Shown in pieces: positions 1-7,403 of a DNA stretch of 64,000 nt. A program made the translations under genes and the position numbers. Numbering within the stretch: the first letter of the stretch is position 1; every line of letters starts with the position of its first letter. The notes beneath the pieces are model-generated. The model was not told the DNA's origin. It worked only from the letters and a program-made list of their open reading frames with translations, and did no database searches. The DNA comes from Faecousia sp. (GTDB lineage: Bacteria > Bacillota > Clostridia > Oscillospirales > Oscillospiraceae): assembly GCA_045639485.1 (NCBI GenBank), contig JAZUDF010000066.1, positions 15,965 through 79,964 of the forward strand. The letters are read 5' to 3'.

Positions 1-1
1 C

Positions 2-499
2 TATCTCGGCAGTGACGGCATCAAGCCGTTCCTCCCCTACCTCAAGGACAACAGCCAGAAAAATATCTTCCTGCTCATCCGCACCTCTAACAAGTCTTCC
101 GGCGAAGTACAGGATCTGATCTCCGGTGACCGTGTAGTACACACTGCTATGGCTGATCTTGCACAGCGATGGAGCACAGGTCTGTTCGGGCAGTGCGGCT
201 ATTCCGAGATCATCGCCGTTGTCGGTGCGACAAAGCCGCAGATGATCGAAACCCTGCGAAGCAAGTACGACAGGCTGTTCTTCATGGTGCCCGGCTACGG
301 TGCACAGGGCGGCACTGCACGCCACGTGCAGTATGCCTTCGATAAGTTTGGCCACGGTGCGATCATCTCCGCTTCCCGCAGCATTATCGCAGCCTGGAAA
401 AACGAAGAAGGCTCTGACGGCAGGGATTACCGTCAGTGTGCAAGAAAAGCAGCAGAAAAGATGCGTGCCGGTCTTGCGAAGTTTGTGACGGTATTGTAA
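2..499 (+). CDS. pyrF: Orotidine 5'-phosphate decarboxylase (type 2), C-terminal part; 5' end cut by window edge
   Basis: The frame is open from the window edge. The translation (...IFLLIRTSNKSSGEVQDL...FMVPGYGAQGGTA...IISASRSII...) looks like the C-terminal half of long-form PyrF. The ORF track shows only the 149-499 part. Confidence 0.8.
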   Translation, partial: YLGSDGIKPFLPYLKDNSQKNIFLLIRTSNKSSGEVQDLISGDRVVHTAMADLAQRWSTGLFGQCGYSEIIAVVGATKPQMIETLRSKYDRLFFMVPGYGAQGGTARHVQYAFDKFGHGAIISASRSIIAAWKNEEGSDGRDYRQCARKAAEKMRAGLAKFVTVL

Positions 500-1527
500 T
501 GACAAATATTTATGTGATCCGCCATGCTGAAGCGGAGGGCAACGTCTTTCGAAGGATCGACGGACATTACAACTCCCGTATCACCGCAAACGGCAAGAAG
601 CAGGTCGAAGCTCTGAAACAGCGGTTTGCCGATATTTCGATCGATGCAGTTTATGCAAGCGATCTGTTCCGCACCTGCGAAACTGCAAAAGCAGTCTATC
701 TTCCGAAAAACCTTCCGCTTCATAAAGATGCCCGTTTCCGGGAAACTTATTTCGGCATCTGGGAAGATCTGCACTTCGGTTGGCTTGAACGCTTCGAGCC
801 GGAACAATACGGCAAATTTTCCCATCATCCCGAGCTTTGGCGTACTTGCGGTGCAGAACGTGCAGACGAATACGCCGGACGCTTTATCGAAGGTTTGGCT
901 GACATCGCCAGGAAGCACGACGGTCAGACAGTCGCAGTTTTCACGCACGGATGTATCTCCGGTGAAGGAATGCGTCGTCTGTTCGGAGAGGATGCAAAAA
1001 AAGCCGGTCGGTGCGACAATTCCGGAGTTTCGCTGCTTCATTATGACAACGGCAGATTCTCGTTTTCTTATCTCAACGACAATTCTCACCTGACGGAAGA
1101 TATCTCCACACTTGCACATCAGTTATGGTGGCGGGGAAAGCACGACTTTAATATGTGGTTTCGTGAGACAGAAGCAGCAGACACTTCCATGTTCGGTGAT
1201 GAATGCACGGCCAAGGAAGGTCTGACTCTGAAAGTCGCAATGCTTGCAGACCGTCCCGCAGGATACGTCATTTACAAGTTAAGCGGAAATGAAGTCTGCG
1301 TGACCTCCATGTACCTTCTGCCGGAGTTTCGTCATGTCAGACGCGGAGATCAACTACTCGGCATTCCGGTCGTAGAAGGCCGTGCAAAGGGCTGCAAGCG
1401 GTTGATTGCAAAGGTTTCAAAGAAAAACGCTGAAGCGATCGCATTTTTCCGACGCATGGGTGCCGAAGAAGCTGAAGAATACACTGAAATTACCTTTTCC
1501 ATGGAAATCGACATTCCTAAATATTAA
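499..1527 (+). CDS. Histidine phosphatase (PGAM superfamily) fused to a C-terminal GNAT-like acetyltransferase domain
   Basis: The N-terminus has VIRHAEAEGN and FTHG histidine-phosphatase motifs. The C-terminal ~140 aa (YLLPEFRHVRRGDQLLG...AIAFFRRMG) is GNAT-like. The ATG at 499 overlaps the pyrF stop (TAATG). The 436 start in the ORF track lies inside pyrF. Confidence 0.7.
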   Translation: MTNIYVIRHAEAEGNVFRRIDGHYNSRITANGKKQVEALKQRFADISIDAVYASDLFRTCETAKAVYLPKNLPLHKDARFRETYFGIWEDLHFGWLERFEPEQYGKFSHHPELWRTCGAERADEYAGRFIEGLADIARKHDGQTVAVFTHGCISGEGMRRLFGEDAKKAGRCDNSGVSLLHYDNGRFSFSYLNDNSHLTEDISTLAHQLWWRGKHDFNMWFRETEAADTSMFGDECTAKEGLTLKVAMLADRPAGYVIYKLSGNEVCVTSMYLLPEFRHVRRGDQLLGIPVVEGRAKGCKRLIAKVSKKNAEAIAFFRRMGAEEAEEYTEITFSMEIDIPKY

Positions 1528-1560
1528 AACCGGGGCAGCAATCAGCCGCCTCGGTTTTTC

Positions 1561-1589
1561 TTGACAAGCGTATCTGAAAAAGATAGAAT
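1561..1589 (+). promoter_or_regulatory. Sigma-A type promoter of tRNA-Arg (TTGACA-17 nt-TAGAAT)
   Basis: TTGACA at 1561-1566, a 17-nt spacer and TAGAAT at 1584-1589, about 12 nt upstream of the tRNA 5' end. Confidence 0.7.
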
Positions 1590-1601
1590 GATTAAGCAAA
1601 C

Positions 1602-1678
1602 GCCCCAGTAGCTCAGCAGGATAGAGCGACCGCCTCCTAAGCGGTAGGTCGGAGGTTCGAATCCCCTCTGGGGTGCCA
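1602..1678 (+). tRNA. tRNA-Arg (anticodon CCT), CCA encoded
   Basis: Cloverleaf readable by eye: acceptor GCCCCAG/CTGGGGT, anticodon stem ACCGC/GCGGT with loop CTCCTAA, T-arm GGAGGTTCGAATCCCC, and terminal GCCA. Confidence 0.92.
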
Positions 1679-1681
1679 AAA

Positions 1682-1712
1682 GAGGACAGGTACAGAGTAC
1701 CTGTCCTCTTTT
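1682..1712 (+). terminator. Intrinsic terminator after tRNA-Arg
   Basis: A 12-bp perfect stem GAGGACAGGTAC/GTACCTGTCCTC with loop AGA, followed by TTTT. Confidence 0.8.
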
Positions 1713-1794
1713 GGCTTATAGAACAGGGGGATTCGAACTCTGAATGCAACAGTCCGGTGGACTGTTGCCAACCAGTGCTCACACTGGCTGATCC
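1712..1794 (-). other. Decayed type-II-like tRNA relic (T-loop, long variable-arm hairpin, GCCA end; no intact cloverleaf)
   Basis: The minus strand reads ...CCAGTGTGAGCACTGG-TT-GGCAACAGTCC-ACC-GGACTGTTGC-ATTCAGAGTTCGAATCCCCCTGTTCTATAAGCCA. The GTTCGAATC T-loop box and a 9-bp variable-arm-like hairpin are present. The T-stem pairs at only 2 of 5 positions and there is no 5' acceptor strand. Confidence 0.35.
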
Positions 1795-1823
1795 TTTATT
1801 TTTGCGTTCAGCAAAAATGCAAA

Positions 1824-1842
1824 CGAATCCCCTCTGGGGTGC
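1824..1842 (+). repeat. Exact 19-nt direct repeat of the tRNA-Arg 3' end (copy 1 at 1658-1676)
   Basis: CGAATCCCCTCTGGGGTGC occurs at 1658-1676 (inside the tRNA) and again at 1824-1842. The second copy has no remaining tRNA body. Confidence 0.9.
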
Positions 1843-1876
1843 AAAGAATCGGTGTTTTCTTTACGTCTGCCGATTT

Positions 1877-2439
1877 TTACTTCAATTTCTTTCCCTGATA
1901 TTGATCGGTCTGAAATGTCAGGGCATCCGGTTTGTAAAAACACTCGACAAGCCAACGCGGGAGAATGTCTGCATTTCTGCCCACGTAGATCAGCATCCCG
2001 AGCATCAATCCGAAAAACGCCGTGCTGAAACCGAAAACATTGATCGCAGCAATATTGGAAGGTGTTTTCAGTGCGTGCTTTGATAGCGGCGGTTTGCAAA
2101 TTCCAGGAACTGCTCTGTCTTTTTCCCTTTTGTAAGCACGAAGCAGCCCTTCGGAAGATACAGACGGTTTTTACAAATGCCCCAAAGGTCGCAGTATGCA
2201 GCAGTTCGCCGTTTGCCGAAGAAGGTTTTGACTGTGAATTCCTTTTTGTCCTCTTCCGAATAGCATACTGTACACACAAGCCAGGACAGAAGAAATCCCA
2301 ACGCCACAAGCAATAATAATCCTGCACCGATAAAGCGAACAAGTCCCCGAAGCAACAGAAACACGGCAGCCGCTGCAGCAAATAACGCTGCAGCGGCTGC
2401 GAGGCTGCTGCGGGAACGTCTGACAGAAAAAGATTTCAT
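1877..2439 (-). pseudogene. Membrane protein gene apparently split by a frameshift (N-terminal ORF 2068-2439 plus an ATG-less C-terminal reading frame ending at 1877)
   Basis: ORF 2068-2439 encodes two hydrophobic helices and stops at TGA 2068-2070. A different minus-strand frame is open without a start codon from about 2170 to TAA 1877-1879. It encodes a further helix (NIAAINVFGFSTAFFGLMLGMLIYV...RWLVECFYKPDALTFQTDQYQGKKLK). A-runs (AAAAGGGAAAAAG) lie in the overlap. Confidence 0.35.
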
Positions 2440-2460
2440 ATCAACGTTTCCCTGTTGTGC

Positions 2461-2967
2461 TTATTCTTCGGGCTTGATTTCGTCTGCACATTCACAGACT
2501 TCTTCTTTGACTTCTTCTGCACACTCACAGACTTTTTCTTTGACCTCTTCTGCACACTCGCAGGCATCAGCCTTCATTGCTTCTGCCTTCTCCTTTACTG
2601 CCTCAAGGCATTCGGCAACCTTGCCGGGTTCGCTTTCGGCATCTTCGCAGCGATCAACATCGGCGGGAGCATCTTTGGCTTTCAGTTCGTCGATCTGCTC
2701 ACGGAGTTCGTTCACCTTGCGGACAGACTCGGTAACCTTGTCACACCAAGGCATGTATTCTGCTTCGTCAGCTTCTTCACCGGTGATAAAATCACGGTAA
2801 AACAGCTTGCCGAGTTCCGTATAGGCCTTTTTCTGCTTATCCTGCTCCGAACGAATATCAATGTTTGCCTTTGCGATTTGGGCAAGATTCTTTGCCTTTG
2901 TCGCTGCAGTCTGTGCAGCCTCGGTCGCCTTGGTCTTGATATTCTCAAATGTTTCGTTAAAGTCCAT
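2461..2967 (-). CDS. Hypothetical coiled-coil protein with an acidic C-terminal Cys-Glu-Cys repeat tail
   Basis: ATG at 2965-2967 lies 6 nt after AAGGAGA. The product runs MDFNETFENIKTKATEAA...ELREQIDELKA... and ends CECAEEVKEKVCECAEEVKEEVCECADEIKPEE. The longer start at 3015 would include the RBS. Confidence 0.6.
   Translation of the reverse strand: MDFNETFENIKTKATEAAQTAATKAKNLAQIAKANIDIRSEQDKQKKAYTELGKLFYRDFITGEEADEAEYMPWCDKVTESVRKVNELREQIDELKAKDAPADVDRCEDAESEPGKVAECLEAVKEKAEAMKADACECAEEVKEKVCECAEEVKEEVCECADEIKPEE
2483..2561. repeat. 33-bp tandem repeat, about 2.4 copies, inside the coding sequence (encodes the CECAEEVKE(K/E)V units)
   Basis: Units at 2483-2515 and 2516-2548 differ at about 4 positions. 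A partial third unit begins at 2549. Confidence 0.85.
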
Positions 2968-3093
2968 TTTTGTTCTCCTTTCAAACCGGGACAACGTCCC
3001 TTTGTCTGGTGACATTATAACATGGATTTGTGAAAAATTCAGGAGTTTTCCGAAAAATTCACAAAAAATTAAACATTTCCGATTGCGTTTTAA

Positions 3094-4101
3094 TTATTTC
3101 TCTTCTTCATCATCATCGAACAGTTCAATGACAACGTCTTCCTCTTTCGGTTCTTCTGCTTTGTCCGCTTCTTCCGCTTCTTCTGCTTCGTCTGATTCTA
3201 TATCTTCGTCTTCATCCTCGCGGGCCTCTGACTCCGGTGAGTTGACAAGCATGCGTTCCGGATCGGGCTTTGCACGGAAGCGGAAATATGCAAGCAGAAT
3301 GATTGCAACAATAAAACTCAGCCCTGCGATCAGTTGGCTGACACGGATGCCGGTAGAACCGATGTAGAGGGAGTCGGCTCGGAGTCCTTCGATCATGCAT
3401 CTGCCGAGACCGTACCATGCAAGATACATGAGCGTAATCTGGCCGTCATACTTCCGCTTTTTTGATGCAAAATGCAGCAGCACAAAACCGATCAGATTCC
3501 AGACAGATTCATAAAGGAACGTCGGATGAACGTACATAGTCGTAGTTTCAAAAGCCGAGGAAGCTGTGGTCAGTCCCATGCGGAGGAAATAGCCTTCGGA
3601 AACTGCAGCACCGTACGCTTCACGGTTAAAGAAATTGCCCCATCTGCCGATTGCCTGACCGAGCAGGAAACCGATGCAGACAAGATCGATAATCGGCAGC
3701 AGTTTTTTCTTTTTAATTCGTGTGTAAATGAAAACGCCGACGATCGCACCGATCACACCGCCGTAGATGGCAAGGCCGCCCTCCCAGATATAAAGCATCG
3801 AGATCGGATTCTGAAAATACGGATTGACGCCGGTCACAGGATCGGTATAGAACAGTACGTAAAACAGCCGTGCTCCGACGATGCCGAAGGGTGCACCCCA
3901 AAGGAACGCGTCGACAAGTGTATCCTGAGAAAAGCCAAACTGTTTGCATCGTTTCATTGCGTAAAACAGTGCAAGCAACATGCCGATACAGATGATAATG
4001 CCGTAATAATAGATTTCCTTGCCGAAAATCGTAAAATAACGCGGCGGATCGATCGCACCGATACCGAGACCGGGGAACGAAATAGAAATATCAAAATTCA
4101 T
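3094..4101 (-). CDS. lgt: Prolipoprotein diacylglyceryl transferase with a ~50-aa poly-acidic C-terminal tail
   Basis: Lgt hallmarks are present: GRWGNFFNREAYG, multiple TM helices, and an N-terminus of the form ...FPGLGI...IYYYGIII. The tail is EAREDEDEDIESDEAEEAEEADKAEEPKEEDV...DDDEEEK. Confidence 0.9.
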   Translation of the reverse strand: MNFDISISFPGLGIGAIDPPRYFTIFGKEIYYYGIIICIGMLLALFYAMKRCKQFGFSQDTLVDAFLWGAPFGIVGARLFYVLFYTDPVTGVNPYFQNPISMLYIWEGGLAIYGGVIGAIVGVFIYTRIKKKKLLPIIDLVCIGFLLGQAIGRWGNFFNREAYGAAVSEGYFLRMGLTTASSAFETTTMYVHPTFLYESVWNLIGFVLLHFASKKRKYDGQITLMYLAWYGLGRCMIEGLRADSLYIGSTGIRVSQLIAGLSFIVAIILLAYFRFRAKPDPERMLVNSPESEAREDEDEDIESDEAEEAEEADKAEEPKEEDVVIELFDDDEEEK

Positions 4102-4263
4102 GGAATGCCTTCTTTCTGAAAACGTACTTTCTGTTTGATTAACATACCACGAAACCGCAGTTCCGTCAAGAATCGAGCAAAAGAAAAAAGGGGCATTTTA
4201 GGCTTGTTATTTTGTCGCAAATCCGTTAAAATAAATGAAACTATTTATAAGGAGCATTTTCTG

Positions 4264-5235
4264 ATGGAGTGGCTGGAGCTGACAATTCAATCTGCATCCG
4301 AGGGCATGGAGCTTCTTGAGACCGTGCTGTCGATGAACGGTTATGACAGTTTTATCGTTGACGATGCACAGGATTTCGAAAGTTTTCTGGAAACCAACAA
4401 GGATTACTGGGACGTCATTGACAATGACCTGACCGAAAAAATGCGGGATGCATCCAGTCTGCGGCTGTATCTGGAAGATACCCCTGCCGCCATGGAAGAA
4501 GTCTGCAGACTCCGTGAACTGCTTCGTACCCTGCCGCAGCAGTGGCCGGATGCTGATTTCGGTTCATTAGACGTTCAGACAGCCAACGTCAGAAACGAAG
4601 ACTGGGAAAACAACTGGAAGCAGTATTATCAGCCCATTCCCATCGGCCAGAAGTTACTCGTTGTTCCGAAGTGGATGCAGCCCGAGAATCCGGAAGGCCG
4701 CATTCCTGTTCTTCTGGATCCCGGCATGATCTTCGGCACCGGTGCACACGCCTCCACGCAGATGTGCATGACTGCACTGGAAACACTCATTTCCGGAGGC
4801 GAAGAGATCATTGATCTCGGCAGCGGCAGCGGCATTCTTTCCATCACTGCTCTGCTCCTCGGTGCCAAGCACGCAATCGGCATCGACGTGGATCCGAAGG
4901 CAGAGGATATTGCCCGTGAAAATGCTGCCTATAACGGTATTTATGAAGACAGATTCCTCGCAGTGACCGGCAACGTTATCGCAGGTCAGAAAGATCTGTC
5001 CGAAATTCTCAGCAGGAAATACGACGTTGTCTGCATGAACATTTTCCCCGACGTCATCATTCCCATGTCCCCGATTTTGCCCGTTATCATGCATGAAAAG
5101 TCCGTTGTGATCTGTTCCGGCATACTCAACACCAGATTGCAGGAAGTGCTTGACGCATTAGATGCCGCAGGACTTGAAATCACCATGCAGCAGGAACAGA
5201 GCGACTGGTGCTGCCTGCTTGCGAAAAAACGCTAA
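4264..5235 (+). CDS. prmA: Ribosomal protein L11 methyltransferase
   Basis: MEWLELTI... N-terminus, the SAM motif IDLGSGSGILS, and AAGGAG 10 nt upstream of ATG 4264. The 4135 start in the track is an upstream extension. Confidence 0.88.
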   Translation: MEWLELTIQSASEGMELLETVLSMNGYDSFIVDDAQDFESFLETNKDYWDVIDNDLTEKMRDASSLRLYLEDTPAAMEEVCRLRELLRTLPQQWPDADFGSLDVQTANVRNEDWENNWKQYYQPIPIGQKLLVVPKWMQPENPEGRIPVLLDPGMIFGTGAHASTQMCMTALETLISGGEEIIDLGSGSGILSITALLLGAKHAIGIDVDPKAEDIARENAAYNGIYEDRFLAVTGNVIAGQKDLSEILSRKYDVVCMNIFPDVIIPMSPILPVIMHEKSVVICSGILNTRLQEVLDALDAAGLEITMQQEQSDWCCLLAKKR

Positions 5236-5259
5236 CCACCAATTCAGGAGGTGCACAGT

Positions 5260-6279
5260 TTGCGTTCGATTTCCTACCGCACAAAATTGCGGCTTCATAA
5301 AATTTTAAAAATATCAGCGTTAGTCATCGGCATCGTAGTCGTATTTCTTGCCGTGATGCTGCTTTATCATAAACGGTACGTCGTTTATACGCCCGACGGT
5401 GCCGTCATTGATCTTTCGCAGACACAGGAACCGACAATGCCTAATTCCGCAACGGAATTGTCCGGCGAGCCGACTGAAGACGTAACCATCATTTTTGACG
5501 AGCCTGCCCCGGATCTGTCGGAAGAAGAAGCGTTTTCCGGTTATTACATTGACATCGCCATGCTGCAGGATCCCGAAGCTGTCTATGAGGCCGTGCAGAC
5601 ACTGGAAGGCCCCGCTGTCGTGATGATCGATCTTAAAAGCAGCAGCGGTATGTTCTATTATTCCACAGGTATTGAAGGAGCCACTTTAGCAGAGATCGAT
5701 GTGTCTGTTGTCGACGATATTCTTTCTTATCTTCGCTCTCACGGTTTCACTGTCATTGCCAGGATCGAAGCGTTCCGCGACAGATCCTATGCCATTGAGC
5801 ATCAGTCCAACGGTCTTGCGATCAAGGGCGGTGCTCTTTGGTCAGATGAAGGCTATTACTGGCTGGATCCGGGCGATGAAATCACTGTTGAGTATCTGCA
5901 GCAGATCGTTCGGGAACTGGCAAGCCACGGTATCACGGAAATCGTATTTGATGATTTTTATTTCCCTGAAAATCCGAGTATCGTTTACCGCCACGATATC
6001 TCCCGCACGGAAGTGATCAACAACACTGCCGCTTCCCTGCTGGATTACTTTACAAACACCAACATCACGCTTTCTTTCGGCACCCCCCCAACCGATATCC
6101 GGATCAGCAGTCAGCGATCCCATATCATCATCACCGGTGCCGATGCATCAAAAGTCAAATCCATTCTGGAAAGCTACAAGGGGATCCATGATCCCGAGCA
6201 TCAGCTGATCTTCCTGACGACGTCAAAGGACACCCGTTTTGACGGTTACAACATTCTGCGTCCGCTCATTCAGAAATAA
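5260..6279 (+). CDS. Membrane-anchored putative glycoside-hydrolase-like protein (DUF4015/GHL-type TIM barrel)
   Basis: An N-terminal TM helix (ISALVIGIVVVFLAVMLLY) is followed by ...ARIEAFRD...YWLDPGD...EIVFDDFYFPE, resembling the QFDYIRFP-type motif of DUF4015 proteins as I recall it. TTG 5260 sits 8 nt after AGGAGG. The GTG 5251 given in the track overlaps the RBS. Confidence 0.5.
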   Translation: MRSISYRTKLRLHKILKISALVIGIVVVFLAVMLLYHKRYVVYTPDGAVIDLSQTQEPTMPNSATELSGEPTEDVTIIFDEPAPDLSEEEAFSGYYIDIAMLQDPEAVYEAVQTLEGPAVVMIDLKSSSGMFYYSTGIEGATLAEIDVSVVDDILSYLRSHGFTVIARIEAFRDRSYAIEHQSNGLAIKGGALWSDEGYYWLDPGDEITVEYLQQIVRELASHGITEIVFDDFYFPENPSIVYRHDISRTEVINNTAASLLDYFTNTNITLSFGTPPTDIRISSQRSHIIITGADASKVKSILESYKGIHDPEHQLIFLTTSKDTRFDGYNILRPLIQK

Positions 6280-6280
6280 C

Positions 6281-7309
6281 ATGTGGTTGTATTTGAAGAA
6301 GTTTACATCAAAACCCATTGTGCTCTACGGCATGGGTGACGGTGCTGACAAAGTATTATCAATATGCAAAAAGATGAGAATACCGGTCGCGGGCATCTTT
6401 GCAAGTGACGAGTTTGCACGGCACAACGATTTTCACGGATACACCGTGATGACATACAACGAAGCAAAGGCTGCCTTCGGTGATATGGTCGTGCTTGTCT
6501 GCTTCGGCACCTCCCGTCCGGAGGTACTTGCTCGCATCGACACGATTGCACAGGAGCAGGAGCTGTATATTCCCAACCTGCCGGTGTACGGAGACGGTCT
6601 GTTTACCGAAGAATATGCCGGCGAGCATTCTGAAGATCTGGGTGCTGTTTGTTTTACACTTGCGGACGAGCTCTCCAGGCAGGTTTGGAGAAATCTGATT
6701 TTATACCGTTCCCTCGGCGACTACAATAAGCTCAAGGCAGCAGAATCAGATCCCGAAGAGGTTTGGCAAAACATTCTCAAACCGACCGACCGAGAACATT
6801 ATCTCGATCTCGGTGCTTATCGCGGAGACACCGTAAAAGAGTTTCTCGCCCACGTTTCGGACTATGCAGCCATCACTGCGATCGAGCCAGAGCCGAAGAC
6901 CTATCAGAAACTCTGTGAAAACACAGACGGTTTACATGACTGCCGCAGGATCCACGCTGCTGCAGGGAATACGGACGGAACATGCCTGTTCTCTGCAAAG
7001 AAAGGCCGTGGCTCGACGGTTTCCGAAAACGGCATTGAGATTCCTTGCTTGCGTGTGGACAGTCTTTCCCCTGCTGTGCCGTTTTCTCTCGTCAATATTG
7101 ACGTGGAGGGCAATGAACGGGCCGCAATCGAGGGCATGGAAGAAACGATCCGCCAGTATAAACCGAAGCTGCAGATTGCAGCCTACCACCGTGTAGAGGA
7201 TTACTTTGCGATCCCGCAACAAGTGCTTGCCATTCGCCCCGACTACAAGGTTTATATCCGGCATTTTCGCGGTATTCCCGCGTGGGATACAAATTTCTAT
7301 TTCGTTTAA
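6281..7309 (+). CDS. FkbM-family SAM-dependent methyltransferase
   Basis: LDLGAYRGDT (SAM-binding) and ...VNIDVEGNERAAIEG... are typical of FkbM methyltransferases. ATG 6281 lies 2 nt after the upstream stop. Confidence 0.7.
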   Translation: MWLYLKKFTSKPIVLYGMGDGADKVLSICKKMRIPVAGIFASDEFARHNDFHGYTVMTYNEAKAAFGDMVVLVCFGTSRPEVLARIDTIAQEQELYIPNLPVYGDGLFTEEYAGEHSEDLGAVCFTLADELSRQVWRNLILYRSLGDYNKLKAAESDPEEVWQNILKPTDREHYLDLGAYRGDTVKEFLAHVSDYAAITAIEPEPKTYQKLCENTDGLHDCRRIHAAAGNTDGTCLFSAKKGRGSTVSENGIEIPCLRVDSLSPAVPFSLVNIDVEGNERAAIEGMEETIRQYKPKLQIAAYHRVEDYFAIPQQVLAIRPDYKVYIRHFRGIPAWDTNFYFV

Positions 7310-7323
7310 CTGTCAAACTGCTC

Positions 7324-7365
7324 AAAACCACCCTGCAATCTTTGTGCGTTTTGCAGGGTGGTTTT
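7324..7365 (+). terminator. Intrinsic terminator after the FkbM gene
   Basis: A 15-bp stem AAAACCACCCTGCAA/TTGCAGGGTGGTTTT with a 12-nt loop and a T-rich tail. Confidence 0.8.
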
Positions 7366-7368
7366 CTG

Positions 7369-7397
7369 TTGAAAAAAACAGATTTATCTTATATAAT
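7369..7397 (+). promoter_or_regulatory. Sigma-A type promoter (TTGAAA-17 nt-TATAAT) driving the ssnA leader
   Basis: TTGAAA at 7369-7374, a 17-nt spacer and TATAAT at 7392-7397. Confidence 0.65.
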
Positions 7398-7403
7398 TAA
7401 AGT

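Noticed and set aside
1417-1782. A 121-aa minus-strand ORF and a 136-aa plus-strand ORF (1673-2083) spanning the tRNA-Arg region.
   Set aside because: They read through a tRNA gene, its terminator and the tRNA relic. There is no RBS, and the translations are Arg/Ser/Leu-rich noise.
1712-1794. A tRNA-Sec (selC) gene, considered because of the very long variable-arm-like hairpin and the selenium-linked ygfK/ssnA genes in the window.
   Set aside because: There is no UCA anticodon loop and no 5' acceptor or D-arm, and the T-stem pairs at only 2 of 5 positions. It cannot fold into any functional cloverleaf.
2483-2561. A possible CRISPR-like or minisatellite array (33-bp tandem units). The 195-bp repeats at 13205-13600 were considered in the same way.
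   Set aside because: Both repeat sets are in frame inside ORFs and encode repeated peptide modules. There are no unique spacers, no cas genes and no leader.
3020-3093. TGTGAAAAATTCA...GAAAAATTCACA repeats between lgt and the CEC-repeat gene, considered as a CRP/FNR-type operator.
   Set aside because: The TGTGA and TCACA half-sites are 25 nt apart rather than 6, and the internal sequence is a direct rather than an inverted repeat. This is insufficient evidence for a defined operator.
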